From: an uncultured bacterium
Lineage (GTDB): Bacteria > Desulfobacterota > Deferrimicrobia > Deferrimicrobiales > Deferrimicrobiaceae
Assembly: GCA_964612075.1 (NCBI GenBank)
Contig: CAZTFC010000001.1
Location: forward strand, 31,129-95,128
Length of the DNA stretch: 64,000 bases
Direction: 5' to 3'
Made by a program: the position numbers and the translations under genes. The stretch's first letter is position 1, and every line of letters starts with the position of its first letter. The notes below the pieces were generated by a model, which saw only the letters and a program-made list of their open reading frames with translations, did no database searches and was not told the DNA's origin. This document shows positions 46,654-60,523 of the stretch, piece after piece.

Positions 46654-48525
46654 TTACCGGTTCTCCTCTTCGTCTTCCAGGAGCAGGATGAAGGACCTCG
46701 GGTTGACGGTGAGCGCGCAGCCCCCGGCGGGATCGATCGTCCCGGGGGCCGCTTCCCCCGAGCCTCCCCACCGGGCGCCGGAGGAGTCCAGCGCCTTCCT
46801 CCACCGTTTCCCGGGAAGCGGAAGCCGCAGCTCCGCCGGCGAGTCGCCGAAGTGGAACACGGCCGCCGCTCGGGCGCCGCCGTTCTCCCGCAGGACGAGG
46901 AGCGCCTTTTCCCGCTCGAAGGGGACCGCCTCCGTCTTCCCGACGCCCGGATCCTCCGGCACGGAGAGGGCGGGATGCGTTTTCCGGATCCGGATCAGTT
47001 CCCCGTGGAGCGCGAGCAGGACGGCATGCGTTCCCTTGCTTCGGAGGGAACGGTCCGGCCGGGACCTCCGGAACGTCTCCTCGTCCTGCGGGTCGGGGAT
47101 CTCGCCCTCCCAGCCGAAGGCGGCGAACTCCTCCTTCCTTCCTTTACGCACCGCCTCGATGAGCCCTTCGTCGCCGTGGTGCACGAAATAGAGGAAGGGC
47201 GCCTCCTCGCCGTACTCTTCCCCCATGAACAGCAGCGGCAGGAAGGGCGAGAGCAGGACCGCGCCCGCCGCGAGCTTGAGCGACTCGAAGGAGACCAGGC
47301 GGCTCAGCCGCTCCCCCCGCATCCGGTTCCCCACCTGGTCGTGGTTCTGCGCGAACACGACGAACTTCCCCGCGGGGAGATGGGAGGACCGGTTCCCGTG
47401 CCGGCGCATCCGGTACGCGGAATACTGCCCGGAGTAGACGAAGCCGTCCGTGAAGGCCCGGGCCAGCTGTTCGATCCCGCCGAAATCCGCGTAATATCCG
47501 TCGCGCTCGCCGGTGAGCAGGGTGTGAAGCGCGTGATGGAAGTCGTCGCTCCACTGGGCGTCGAGGCCGAATCCCCCCCGTTCCGGCGCGTCGACGACAC
47601 GGGCGTCGTTCAGGTCGCTTTCCGGGATCAGCCAGGCGAGGCGGCCCTCTTCGCTCCGGAAGCGGCGCACGGCCTCCGCGAGCTCCGCGAGGAAGGGCGA
47701 GGCGCTGAAATCCACGATCCCGTGGATCGCGTCGAGGCGCAGGGCGTCGATGCGGAAATCGCGGATCCAGTGGAGGGCGTTTTCCAGGAAATACCTGCGT
47801 ACCTCGTCGCTGCGGGGCCCGTCGAAGTTCAGGGCGGAGCCCCACGGGGTGCGGTACCGGTCGCTGAAGTAGGGGCCGAACTCCCGGAGATAGTTCCCTT
47901 CCGGCCCGAGGTGGTTGTAGACCACGTCCAGGACGACCGCCAGCTCCCGGAGGTGGCAGGCGTCGACCAGCCGCGCAAGGCCTTCCGGACCGCCGTAGCT
48001 TTCCTGGACCGCGAACGGGTAGACGCCATCGTATCCCCAGTTCCGTTCCCCGGGGAACTGGGCGACGGGCATCAGCTCGATGGCGGTGATCCCCAGCTCG
48101 ACAAGATCGTCGAGGCGCGGGATCACCGCGTCGAAGGTCCCTTCGGCCGTGTATGTCCCGACGTGCAGCTCGTAGAGGATGTACGAGGAGAGCGGGATCC
48201 CGCGCCATCCGCCGTCCCTCCGGGAGAACGCATCGAGGTCGACCACCATGGAAGGGCCGTGGACCCCCCGCGGCTGCCGGCGCGACGCCGGATCGGGCCG
48301 ATCGACACCCCCGTCCAGGCGATAGAAATAGAGGGCTCCCGCAGCCACTCCGTCCGCGATGCCGTGGTGGTATCCGGAATCGTCCTTTTCCAGGCGGATC
48401 GTCCGTTCTTCCGGGGAAAGGAGGCGCACCTCCACGCTCCGGCAGAAGGGCGCGTACACGAGAAAACGGCAACGTCCGCCGGGAAGCGGCGTCGCGCCCA
48501 GGGGATGCTGCGGGCCGCCCGTCAT
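46654..48525 (-). CDS. treZ: Malto-oligosyltrehalose trehalohydrolase TreZ
   Basis: The track ORF 46654..50676 was trimmed to ATG ([14 protein letters not shown]...) with SD GGGGGGA. It has the GH13_10 TreZ pattern (CBM48-like N-terminus, DVVYNH, GFRLDA, EESDLND...). Confidence 0.9.
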   Translation of the reverse strand: MTGGPQHPLGATPLPGGRCRFLVYAPFCRSVEVRLLSPEERTIRLEKDDSGYHHGIADGVAAGALYFYRLDGGVDRPDPASRRQPRGVHGPSMVVDLDAFSRRDGGWRGIPLSSYILYELHVGTYTAEGTFDAVIPRLDDLVELGITAIELMPVAQFPGERNWGYDGVYPFAVQESYGGPEGLARLVDACHLRELAVVLDVVYNHLGPEGNYLREFGPYFSDRYRTPWGSALNFDGPRSDEVRRYFLENALHWIRDFRIDALRLDAIHGIVDFSASPFLAELAEAVRRFRSEEGRLAWLIPESDLNDARVVDAPERGGFGLDAQWSDDFHHALHTLLTGERDGYYADFGGIEQLARAFTDGFVYSGQYSAYRMRRHGNRSSHLPAGKFVVFAQNHDQVGNRMRGERLSRLVSFESLKLAAGAVLLSPFLPLLFMGEEYGEEAPFLYFVHHGDEGLIEAVRKGRKEEFAAFGWEGEIPDPQDEETFRRSRPDRSLRSKGTHAVLLALHGELIRIRKTHPALSVPEDPGVGKTEAVPFEREKALLVLRENGGARAAAVFHFGDSPAELRLPLPGKRWRKALDSSGARWGGSGEAAPGTIDPAGGCALTVNPRSFILLLEDEEENR

Positions 48526-50435
48526 TGCGCGTCCCCCCCGCTTTTCAGGAACAGGGTCGCCAGCGGCGGGACCACCAGGGTGAGCGAGTGGTACAGGCCG
48601 TGGGCCCCGACGGGAACCGCCTCGACGCCCCCGATGTTCCCCTGGCCGCTGCCGCCGTATTCCTTCGCGTCGCTGTTCAGGCATTCCTTCCAGAATCCGC
48701 CCCGCGGGACGCCGATGCGGTAGTTGTGCCTCGGAACGGGGGTGAAGTTGCAGACGGCAAGGACGATTTCCGCCCGCCCCCGGGCCCGCCGGAACAGGCT
48801 GATCACGCTCTGCTCCGTGTCCCGGTGGTCCGCCCACTCGAAGCCGGCCGGATCGAAGTCGAGCTCGTGCAGCGCGGGCTCGTCCCGGTAGAACCGGTTC
48901 AATTCCTCCACCCAGCGGGACAGGCCGGCGTGGGGGGGAAGCCCGGCGAGATGCCATTCGAGGCTGCCGTCGTGGTCCCATTCCCTCCACTGCCCGAACT
49001 CCCCGCCCATGAAAAGGAGCTTCTTTCCCGGCTGCGCGTACATGTAACCCATGAGCGTGCGCAGGTTCGCGAACTTCTGCCAGTCGTCCCCGGGCATCTT
49101 TCCGAGGAGCGACCCCTTCCCGTGGACGACCTCGTCGTGCGAAAGCGGCAGGACGAAGTTCTCCGAAAAGGCGTACATCCCCCGGAACGTGAGCCTGTCG
49201 TGGTGGAATTTCCGGAACACGGGATCGTTGGACATGTAGGACAGCGTGTCGTGCATCCAGCCCATGTCCCATTTCATTCCGAATCCCAGCCCCCCGACGT
49301 AGTTGGGGCGGGACACCATCGGCCAGGCGGTGGACTCCTCGGCGACCGTCACGATGTCGGGGAACGCCCCGTACACCGCCTCGTTGAAGCGCCGGAGGAA
49401 GACGATGGCGTCGATGTTCTCCCTCCCCCCGAACCGGTTCGGGATCCACTCCCCCTCTTTCCGGGAATAGTCGAGGTACAGCATCGACGCGACGGCGTCC
49501 ACGCGGAGGCCGTCCGCGTGGTAGGCGTCCAGCCAGAAGAAGGCGCTGCTGATGAGAAAGCTCTGAACTTCCTTGCGGCCGTAGTTGAAGATCTCCGTGT
49601 CCCAGTCGGGGTGGCGTCCCTGGCGAGGGTCCGCGTGCTCGTAGAGATGCGTGCCGTCGAAGAATGCCAGCCCGTGCCCGTCCTTGGAGAAGTGGGAGGG
49701 GACCCAGTCCAGGAGGACGCCGATCCCGTTCCGGTGGAGCGTGTCCACGAGGAACATGAAATCCTGAGGCGTGCCGTACCGGCTCGTGGGGGCGAAGTAC
49801 CCCGTCCCCTGGTATCCCCAGGACCCGTAGAAGGGGTGCTCCATCACGGGGAGGAACTCCACGTGGGTGAAGTTCATCCGGTTCAGGTAGGAGGCGAGCC
49901 GGGGCGCCAGCTCCCGGTAGGTCAGCGGCCGGTTCCCCTCTTCGGGGTCCCGCATCCAGGAACCGAGATGCAGCTCGTAGATGGAGATGGGGCGGTCCGC
50001 GGCGTTCCTCCTCCGCCGTTCCTCCATCCACCCGGAATCCTCCCACTCGTATTCCAGGTCCCACACGACGCTGCCGGGCTCGGGTGGCGCCTGCGAGTGG
50101 AACGCGAAGGGGTCGGCCTTGTCGTACCGGTAGCCTCCGTACCGGGATACCACGTGATACTTGTAGGCGGATCCGCATTCCACCCCGGGGGCGAATCCTT
50201 CCCAGATCCCCGATTCGCCGACGGGCCGCAGCGGGTCCATTTCGCTTTTCCATCCGTTGAAATCGCCCATGACGGAGACCCCCTCCGCGTTGGGTGCCCA
50301 GACGGCGAAATAGGTCCCCTTCGCCGAGGCGCGTTTCACGGGATGCGCCCCGAGCTTCTCGTAGAGGCGGAAATGGGTGCCCTCGTTGAACAGGTGCAGA
50401 TCCTCGTCGGTCAACAGGGTTACGTCGTATCGCAT
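48522..50435 (-). CDS. glgB: 1,4-alpha-glucan branching enzyme GlgB (short form, about 637 aa)
   Basis: The track ORF 48522..52358 was trimmed to ATG ([13 protein letters not shown]...) with SD AAGGAGG. It is a GH13_9 branching enzyme lacking the long N-terminal extension. Its stop overlaps the treZ start (ATGA). Confidence 0.92.
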   Translation of the reverse strand: MRYDVTLLTDEDLHLFNEGTHFRLYEKLGAHPVKRASAKGTYFAVWAPNAEGVSVMGDFNGWKSEMDPLRPVGESGIWEGFAPGVECGSAYKYHVVSRYGGYRYDKADPFAFHSQAPPEPGSVVWDLEYEWEDSGWMEERRRRNAADRPISIYELHLGSWMRDPEEGNRPLTYRELAPRLASYLNRMNFTHVEFLPVMEHPFYGSWGYQGTGYFAPTSRYGTPQDFMFLVDTLHRNGIGVLLDWVPSHFSKDGHGLAFFDGTHLYEHADPRQGRHPDWDTEIFNYGRKEVQSFLISSAFFWLDAYHADGLRVDAVASMLYLDYSRKEGEWIPNRFGGRENIDAIVFLRRFNEAVYGAFPDIVTVAEESTAWPMVSRPNYVGGLGFGMKWDMGWMHDTLSYMSNDPVFRKFHHDRLTFRGMYAFSENFVLPLSHDEVVHGKGSLLGKMPGDDWQKFANLRTLMGYMYAQPGKKLLFMGGEFGQWREWDHDGSLEWHLAGLPPHAGLSRWVEELNRFYRDEPALHELDFDPAGFEWADHRDTEQSVISLFRRARGRAEIVLAVCNFTPVPRHNYRIGVPRGGFWKECLNSDAKEYGGSGQGNIGGVEAVPVGAHGLYHSLTLVVPPLATLFLKSGGDAQ

Positions 50436-52557
50436 CCCGGGGAACCTCCTTTCCGGATCCTGGCGATCTCCCGCAGCGCGCCGGCCACCCCCGGAAGCCC
50501 GCGGATCTCCTCCAGGGAATACCTGCTTTTCCGCACCCAGTTCGGGCGCTCCGTGGAGGTCCCCGGCGTGTTCTGCGGGATTTCCTCGTGCCACAGGTCC
50601 TCGAGGCCGACGATGACCATCTCGGCCCCGCTTCCGGCGATGTGCGCCAGGCAGGCGCGCAGCAGCGTCCCGACATCGGGCACCCCGGAGGTTTTCGGCA
50701 GCAGCCCCTTCTTTCGCAGGAAGGTCTTCAGCGCCCCGACGAGTATCTCCCGCGCGGCCTTTTCGGTGGCGGCGTCCGCCTCGTCGAGAATGCCCAGGTC
50801 TACCCGCTCCTCGACGTCTTTCGCCTTCCGGAACGAGGCGAAGGGGGGCATGTCGTGCGTGTTCACGCAGGCGAGCGAGGCCTTCGGGATCTTCCCGATC
50901 CCCTGGCCGGGGTCCGGCTTCAGCCCGAACTGCACCACGAACATCCGCCGCAGGCCGTGCTTCGCCATCGCGGGCCGCACGTACGGGGGCACCGTCCCGA
51001 GGTCCTCCCCCACGATCCTGGCCCGGTGCCGGTGCGACTCGACGCACAGGACGGCGTACAGCTCCTCCGCGGGGTATCTCACATAGGTTCCTTCGGAAGG
51101 GGCCGCGCCGTTCGGGACCCAGAAGAACCGGTGCAGCCCCATGACATGGTCGATCCGGAGGATCCCCGCGTACCGGAGCTGGTTCGCGATGCACGCGCGG
51201 AAATAGGCGTGCCCGTCCGCCCGGGTCCGCTCCGGGTGCAGCGGAGGGAAGCCCCAGTCCTGCCCCTTCGTGAAGAAATCGTCGGGCGGCGCTCCGGCGG
51301 AGGCCCGCAGCGCGAAATCGTCCCGCCGCCGCCAGACGTCGTACCCGTCGTAACTGGTCCCGAGCGGCAGGTCGAGGTACAGCCGCACCCGGGAGCCGGC
51401 CGAAAGCTCCGCAAGCTGCAGATGGACCGCCCACTGCGCGAAGAGGTGGTATCGCCTTGCCGCCTCGTCGAAGTCCCCCTCTCGAAGGAGGCCGTCGCGC
51501 TGGGGGGCGGGCCAGACGGCCCAGGGGGCCTTGCGCGAATCCCACGCCGCGCGGAAGGCGGCGTAATCCTCCATGAACGCGTTTTCCGAGAGGAACCGCC
51601 GGAAGCCGTCCGTCCCGGCGCCTCCCGCCGAAAAGAAGTCCCCGGAGAGCATCTCGAGCAGGCGGCGCTTCAGGTCCATACCGCGGCGGTAGTCGACCCG
51701 CGGGGATTTCCGCAGCCGGTCCGCCTCCGCCCGGAACGCCTCCGATGAGTACAATTCCATCGCCGGCCGGCAATCGTGGAATCCGGGCGCGCGCGTGACG
51801 TCGAGGTAGAACTCGTTCCAGGCGAGCCGGCTGCCGGGGGAATACGGGCTGGGATTGAACGGCTCCGGGGAGCACGACGCCAGGAGGGGAAGCGTACCGA
51901 CCTTGTCGCCCCCCATCTCCTCCACCCAGTCCATCAGGGCGCGCAGGTCCGTCAGGTCCCCGGAGCCGAGGGACCTCCCGGTATGCAGCGCGTACAGCGG
52001 GAGGAAGACGCCCCATTCGCGGGCGGCGCCTCCTTCGGGGGCCCATGCCCGCAAGGGGGCGGAAATCACCGTGGTCGATCCGATCCCGTCCCGCGTTTCG
52101 ACCCGCACGTCGTGGTATCCGTGCGGGAGGCTCCACGGCAGGGGGACCCGGATCGCGACCCGTTCGCCGGACGAGCCTCTCCCGGAACCCGTCACGGGGA
52201 ACGAGGACAGGTCGCACTCCGCGACCCGCTCGCCGCCGCCTTCGACGGAGGACATGATCCGCGCGCGGTCGTCCCGGGCGGCGGCGGGAACGTGCAGCTC
52301 CAGTTCCGCCGGGCCGCCGTCCCAGGAGACGCACACCGGCGGGCAGAGGCGGTCCCACCCGGACTCCGTCGCCGCGCGCAGCGCTTCCTTCGCGTCCCGG
52401 AACGTTTCCAGCGGCTCCCCGAGCGCCCGGAGCACGGCGAGAAGCGTTTCAGGAGGGGGGGAGACCCGGCGATGCAGGATATCGTAATATGATGTCTGCA
52501 CCCCCCGCCGCCGGGCGAGCCGCCGCAGCGCGCGGAGCTCCCCGTTGCCGGCGGGGG

Positions 52558-52561
<4 letters not shown>
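50420..52561 (-). CDS. malQ: 4-alpha-glucanotransferase (amylomaltase, GH77) MalQ
   Basis: The track ORF 50420..57748 was trimmed to ATG ([15 protein letters not shown]...), which overlaps the treS-mak stop (ATGA). GH77 motifs are present (RIDHVMG, the GEDLG-like VGEDLGTVP, and THDMPP for THDN). Confidence 0.9.
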
Positions 52562-55911
<3,350 letters not shown>

Positions 55912-55932
55912 GGGTCCCGGGCCTCCTTGCCG

Positions 55933-57924
55933 CTACATGAAGTAGTCGAAATCCTTCTCCGTCCTGACCTTGCGCCGCAGCCGGATGATGTGCGCGGGAA
56001 CGGCGGAAGGGTCGAGCTCGACGTAGAGCCGCCGCCCCTGCCAGAGGAACCGGGCCCCGCTCAGAAGGTCGTGCCCCTGGAAGGGGGCCGCCGGATCCAG
56101 CCCGAACTCCTCCAGCGGGAGCTCCACCCAGCCGGACTGCGTGTGCCTCGGGTCGAGGTTCACCACGACGAGGACGACGCCCGCGCGGTCGTCCGAGGAT
56201 TTGCTGTAGGCGATCAGCTGGTCGTTGTCCACCGGGTGGAAGAGGAGGTTCCCGTCCTGCTGGAGGGGAGGGGACTCCCTCCGGATCCGGTTCACCAGGG
56301 CGATGAATTCCCGCAGGCTTTCCGGGCGCTCGAGGTCCCATCGCCGGATCTCGTATTTTTCCGAATCGAGATACTCCTCCTTGCCCGGGGAAACCGCACG
56401 GTTCTCGCACAGCTCGAAGGCGGGCCCGTAGACGCCGTAGTTCGCGCCCAGGGTGGCGGCGAGCACGAGGCGCGCCATGAAGGCCGGCCGGCCTCCGAAC
56501 TGGAGCTGCTCCGTCAGGATGTCGGGCGTGTTCGGCCAGAGGTTGGGCCGGAAGTACTCCCGCACCCCGGTCCGCGTCAGTTCGCGGAAATACGATTCGA
56601 TCTCCGGCTTCGTGTTCCGCCAGGCGAAGTAGGTGTACGACTGGGTGAATCCCTCCTTCGCCAGCCGGTACATGACCTTCGGCCGGGTGAACGCCTCCGC
56701 CAGGAAGATCGCGTCGGGATGCTCCCGCTTCACCTCGGCGATCAGCCATTCCCAGAAGGCGAAGGGCTTGGTGTGGGGATTGTCGATCCGGAAGATCCGG
56801 ACCCCCTGCGCGGCCCAGAACAGCACCACGCTTTTGAGTTCCTCCCAGAGCTCCCGCCACGCCGGGGTGTCGAAATCGAAGGGAACGATATCCTCGTATT
56901 TCTTCGGCGGATTCTCCGCGTGCTGCACCGTGCCGTCGGGCCGCAGGCGGAACCATTCCGGATGCTCCCCGACGTACGGGTGGTCCGGCGAGCACTGGAA
57001 CGCGATGTCCAGGGCGATCTCGATCCCGTGCTCCCCGGCGGCGCGGACCAGTTCGGAGAAGTCCTCGACCGTCCCGAGCTGCGGGTGCACCTCCTTGTGC
57101 CCCCCCTCGCCGGACCCGATCGCCCAGGGGCTCCCGACGTCCTCCGGTCGGCAGGCGGTCGCGTTGTTCCTGCCCTTCCGGTTGGTGCGCCCGATGGGAT
57201 GGATCGGGGGAAGGTACAGCACGTCGAACCCCATGGAGGCCAGGTAGGGAAGGCGGTCCATCACGTCCCGCAGCGTGCCGTGCCGGCCCGGTTGGGGGGA
57301 GCAGGAGCGCGGGAACAGCTCGTACCAGGCGCTGAAACGCGCTTTCTCCCGGTCCACGACGACCCCGAGCTCTCTGCCGTATTCGGAGACGAGGTCCCGG
57401 TCCGGGTACCGGTCCGCAAGGGCTCCCATCGATTCGTCCAGCGCCGTCTCCGCGCATTCCGCCGCGTCGCGTTCCTCCGCCGGCAGGATGGCCTTCGCGA
57501 AGGCCAGGAGTCTTTTCCGGTCGGCGCCTCTGGCCCGCTTCGCGGCTTCTTCCGCGATCCGCGCCCCCACCTGGAGATCGACGGTGATTTCCTGCCCGGC
57601 GTCCTGCTTCTTCCCGAGGTCCCTCTGCCAGGAGCGGAACCGGGCGACCCAGGCCTTTATCGCGTATGCGGCCCGTCCGACCGTATCCACGCGGAACTCC
57701 CCGGACCAGCGGTCGTTTCCGACCGGGGTCATCGGGGTTTCCGACCATTCCCCCTCTCCGGCGTCCCGGGACATCAGGACCGCGGCGATCAGGTCGTGCC
57801 CGTCGGTGTGGATGTCCGCCTCGACCCGGACACCCTGCCCCACGGTCCGTTTTACGGGGAATCGTCCATCGTCGAATTCCGGGTGCACGTTCTCGATCAC
57901 CACGCGCTGCCGGGCTCGTTTCAC
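55933..57924 (-). CDS. glgE: Alpha-1,4-glucan:maltose-1-phosphate maltosyltransferase GlgE
   Basis: 663-aa ORF with GlgE-family (GH13_3) similarity over its full length (the S1/S2 N-terminal domains plus the catalytic barrel: FRIDNPHTKP, DHPWF-like motifs). Confidence 0.92.
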   Translation of the reverse strand: MKRARQRVVIENVHPEFDDGRFPVKRTVGQGVRVEADIHTDGHDLIAAVLMSRDAGEGEWSETPMTPVGNDRWSGEFRVDTVGRAAYAIKAWVARFRSWQRDLGKKQDAGQEITVDLQVGARIAEEAAKRARGADRKRLLAFAKAILPAEERDAAECAETALDESMGALADRYPDRDLVSEYGRELGVVVDREKARFSAWYELFPRSCSPQPGRHGTLRDVMDRLPYLASMGFDVLYLPPIHPIGRTNRKGRNNATACRPEDVGSPWAIGSGEGGHKEVHPQLGTVEDFSELVRAAGEHGIEIALDIAFQCSPDHPYVGEHPEWFRLRPDGTVQHAENPPKKYEDIVPFDFDTPAWRELWEELKSVVLFWAAQGVRIFRIDNPHTKPFAFWEWLIAEVKREHPDAIFLAEAFTRPKVMYRLAKEGFTQSYTYFAWRNTKPEIESYFRELTRTGVREYFRPNLWPNTPDILTEQLQFGGRPAFMARLVLAATLGANYGVYGPAFELCENRAVSPGKEEYLDSEKYEIRRWDLERPESLREFIALVNRIRRESPPLQQDGNLLFHPVDNDQLIAYSKSSDDRAGVVLVVVNLDPRHTQSGWVELPLEEFGLDPAAPFQGHDLLSGARFLWQGRRLYVELDPSAVPAHIIRLRRKVRTEKDFDYFM

Positions 57925-58271
57925 GGCAGACCTCCTGGTGCGGATAGGTTAAATTTATTTCCGGGGTGTCCGATAACTATAACAGATACGGGTCCCGGAT
58001 TGGAACCCCCAACGGCCCGGGCAGGGGGCATGACGGCAAGGGGCGCTGGTGTCTCCCGGGCAAATATGTTTATATATTCCGGCCTATAGCGGGATAAAGC
58101 GCCGATCGGGAAAGCGGGTGGCGGAAACTGAAGACCAGCCTCGTCGAATCTCCCCCAATACACCGGCAGGCATATCGGGAATCGGTCCTTCTTCTGGGGC
58201 GGAACCTGACGTCCGGCGGGGTCTCGGCCGCGTCCCGGACGCCGGAGTCCGAAGCCCGGAACTACACCCGC

Positions 58272-59327
58272 GTGTTCTGCCGGGACGCTTCGATTTCCGC
58301 CCTCGGCATGGCGGTTTCCGGCGACCCGTCGCTCCGGTCCGGGGCCATGGCCGGCCTGGAGTTCCTCGCGGCGCACCAGGCCCGGAACGGGCAGCTTCCG
58401 AATTTCGTCTCCCCGGAGACGGGCCAACGGGATTTCTGGTACCTCGGGTGCATCGACGCGACCCTCTGGTGGCTTGCCGCCGTCGGCTTCTGGTCGAGAC
58501 ATTTTCCGGACGACTGCGTGGAAGAGAGGTTCCGCGCGCAGATCGATGCCGCTCTCGGGTGGCTGCTGTGCCAGGAGCATCAGGAGGTCCACCTTCTGCA
58601 GCAGAACGAGGCAAGCGACTGGGCCGACATCATGCCGCGTTCAGGGTTCGTTCTCTATACCAATGCCCTATGGTACCACGTGAAGCGCGTCTATGCCCTC
58701 GAGGGCGCGGAAGAGACCCGGATCTCCTTCAACACGCTGTTTTCCCCTTTCTCGGAGGATCCTCCCGCGCAGCCGCGGCTGCGCCTGCTGACGGACTACG
58801 TGCGGAAGGGGGGGGAAGAGGACGGCCTGTACCTGAGTTACGTGAACTTCGCCTCCTGGGGCGGGGAGGGGGACGTCTTCGGGAACCTGCTCGCCGTCCT
58901 TTTCGGTCTGGCGTACACGGGCAAGGCGAACCGGATCCTGGACGCCCTTTCGTCCGCGGGGATCGACGATCCGCACCCGGTTCGCGCCGTCTGCCGTCCC
59001 ATCCCGTCCGGCGGCCCCGGCTGGCGGGAATACATGGGGCGGCACGGGCAGAACGGGGAGCACCGGTATCACAACGGCGGCGCCTGGCCCTTCCTCGGAG
59101 GGTTCTGGGTGATGGCGCTTTCCGCGATGGGGCGGTACCGCGAAGCCGGCGATGCGCTGGCATCGCTGGCGCGGATGAATTCCGCCGGCGGCTGGGCGTT
59201 CCATGAATGGTTTCACGGCAGGACGGGCGAGCCCTCGGGGATGAAGGGGCAGTCGTGGAACGCGGCGATGTACATCCTGGCGGAACGCTCCCTCGAGAGA
59301 CGCCTGCTCGGCGATCTTCCCCGGTAG
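58272..59327 (+). CDS. (alpha/alpha)6-barrel glycoside hydrolase of the GH100 (alkaline/neutral invertase) / amylo-alpha-1,6-glucosidase (GDE_C) type
   Basis: 351-aa ORF from a GTG start. It has the NYTRVFCRDAS (compare the invertase NYDQVFIRDF), DWADIMPRSG and YHNGGAWPFLGGFW motifs. The conserved N-terminal region continues upstream in frame to about 58098 without a canonical start (see findings). Confidence 0.75.
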   Translation: MFCRDASISALGMAVSGDPSLRSGAMAGLEFLAAHQARNGQLPNFVSPETGQRDFWYLGCIDATLWWLAAVGFWSRHFPDDCVEERFRAQIDAALGWLLCQEHQEVHLLQQNEASDWADIMPRSGFVLYTNALWYHVKRVYALEGAEETRISFNTLFSPFSEDPPAQPRLRLLTDYVRKGGEEDGLYLSYVNFASWGGEGDVFGNLLAVLFGLAYTGKANRILDALSSAGIDDPHPVRAVCRPIPSGGPGWREYMGRHGQNGEHRYHNGGAWPFLGGFWVMALSAMGRYREAGDALASLARMNSAGGWAFHEWFHGRTGEPSGMKGQSWNAAMYILAERSLERRLLGDLPR

Positions 59328-59386
59328 GATCCGCAGACAGAACGCCTGCCGTCGCAGCCCGGGCGGTTTCCCGCGGGAGCGTCTTG

Positions 59387-60523
59387 TCAGGCTTCCATCT
59401 CCCTCCAGCCGGCCGCGCCGCCCGAACGCCCCATCAGCTGGACGTACCGGGCGATGCCGCTGCGGGTGATCATCCCCTCGATCCGCCCCCCGCCCGCGAC
59501 CACCAGCCTCCCGACGTCGCTCCGGATCATCCGTTCGAGCGCCTTGACGGCGTCCTCGTCCGGGGTTACCTCCCACTCCGCCCTGTGCGGTGCGTAGACC
59601 GCCGACACCCGTGTCGTTTCGCGGGGAACGTCCTTGAGCTCCTTCAGGGTCAGCATGCCGAGGTACTTCCCGTCATCGACCACGGGGAACCCCCCGAAGC
59701 CGTACCGGAGGAAATACCCGCTCACGGCCTCGTCGAGGTAAATGGAGGAGGGAATCGTCACCAGGTCCCTCGCCATGATGTGCCGCACCTTGACCCCGTC
59801 GAGGATCTCCTGGATCCCCGCCTGCTGGTAGCTCGCCTTCGCGGCGGTGTACAGGAACCAGCCGATGAGCATGAGCCAGATCCCTCCCGGCATCCCGGTG
59901 AACAGGGAGAAGATCCCCAGGAAGATGAAGAGCAGCGCGATCTTCTGCCCGACCCCCGAAGCCTTCTGCGTCGCGTAGAAATAGTTGTTCTTCCGTTTCC
60001 AGAGGAAGGACCGGAGCACCCTTCCCCCGTCCATCGGGAACCCCGGGATCAGGTTGAAGGCACCTAGGATGAAATTGATCCGGGCGAGATAGGAGAACAG
60101 GGCGCGCACGCCGCCCTCCGCCTGGAGCGTCCCGTAGAAGAAGAGAACCGCGAGGAAGAAGCTCGAGAGGGGCCCCGCGACCGCGATCCAGAACTCGGCC
60201 CGGGGGTGCGGCGGCTCGCTCTTCATCTGCGCCACGCCTCCGAAGATGAACAGGGTGATGCTCTCGATGGGGATGCCGTATCGCCTCGCGACGAACGAAT
60301 GGGCGAGCTCGTGGAAGGCCACCGAGGCGAAGAGGAGAAGCGACGCCAGGGCGCCCTTGATCCAATAGGCCTGCGCCGGCAGGTCGGGGGCGGCCTGCGG
60401 GAAATAGACCGTCGAAAGCGACCAGGTGATCAGGCCGAAGACGAGAAACCAGGTGAAATGCAGCCGGATCGGGATCCCCATCACCGAGCCGATCTTCCAC
60501 GCGCCCCCCAGGGAGCCGCTCAT
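59387..60523 (-). CDS. Site-2 protease family (peptidase M50) membrane metalloprotease with C-terminal CBS domain pair
   Basis: 378-aa ORF with an HELAHS (HExxH) motif in a TM region, a second-site LxxxD..NLIPxxPLDGGR-like motif (NLIPGFPMDGGR) and two CBS domains. Its ATG overlaps the ATPase stop (ATGA). Confidence 0.85.
   Translation of the reverse strand: MSGSLGGAWKIGSVMGIPIRLHFTWFLVFGLITWSLSTVYFPQAAPDLPAQAYWIKGALASLLLFASVAFHELAHSFVARRYGIPIESITLFIFGGVAQMKSEPPHPRAEFWIAVAGPLSSFFLAVLFFYGTLQAEGGVRALFSYLARINFILGAFNLIPGFPMDGGRVLRSFLWKRKNNYFYATQKASGVGQKIALLFIFLGIFSLFTGMPGGIWLMLIGWFLYTAAKASYQQAGIQEILDGVKVRHIMARDLVTIPSSIYLDEAVSGYFLRYGFGGFPVVDDGKYLGMLTLKELKDVPRETTRVSAVYAPHRAEWEVTPDEDAVKALERMIRSDVGRLVVAGGGRIEGMITRSGIARYVQLMGRSGGAAGWREMEA

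Noticed and set aside
58046-58062. Sigma-54-like -24/-12 motif cTGGTGTctcccgGGCAa upstream of the GH100-like gene
   Set aside because: Only the GG and GC dinucleotides at the correct 12-nt spacing match. The flanking consensus (TGGCAC / TTGCW) is poor, so it is too weak to call.
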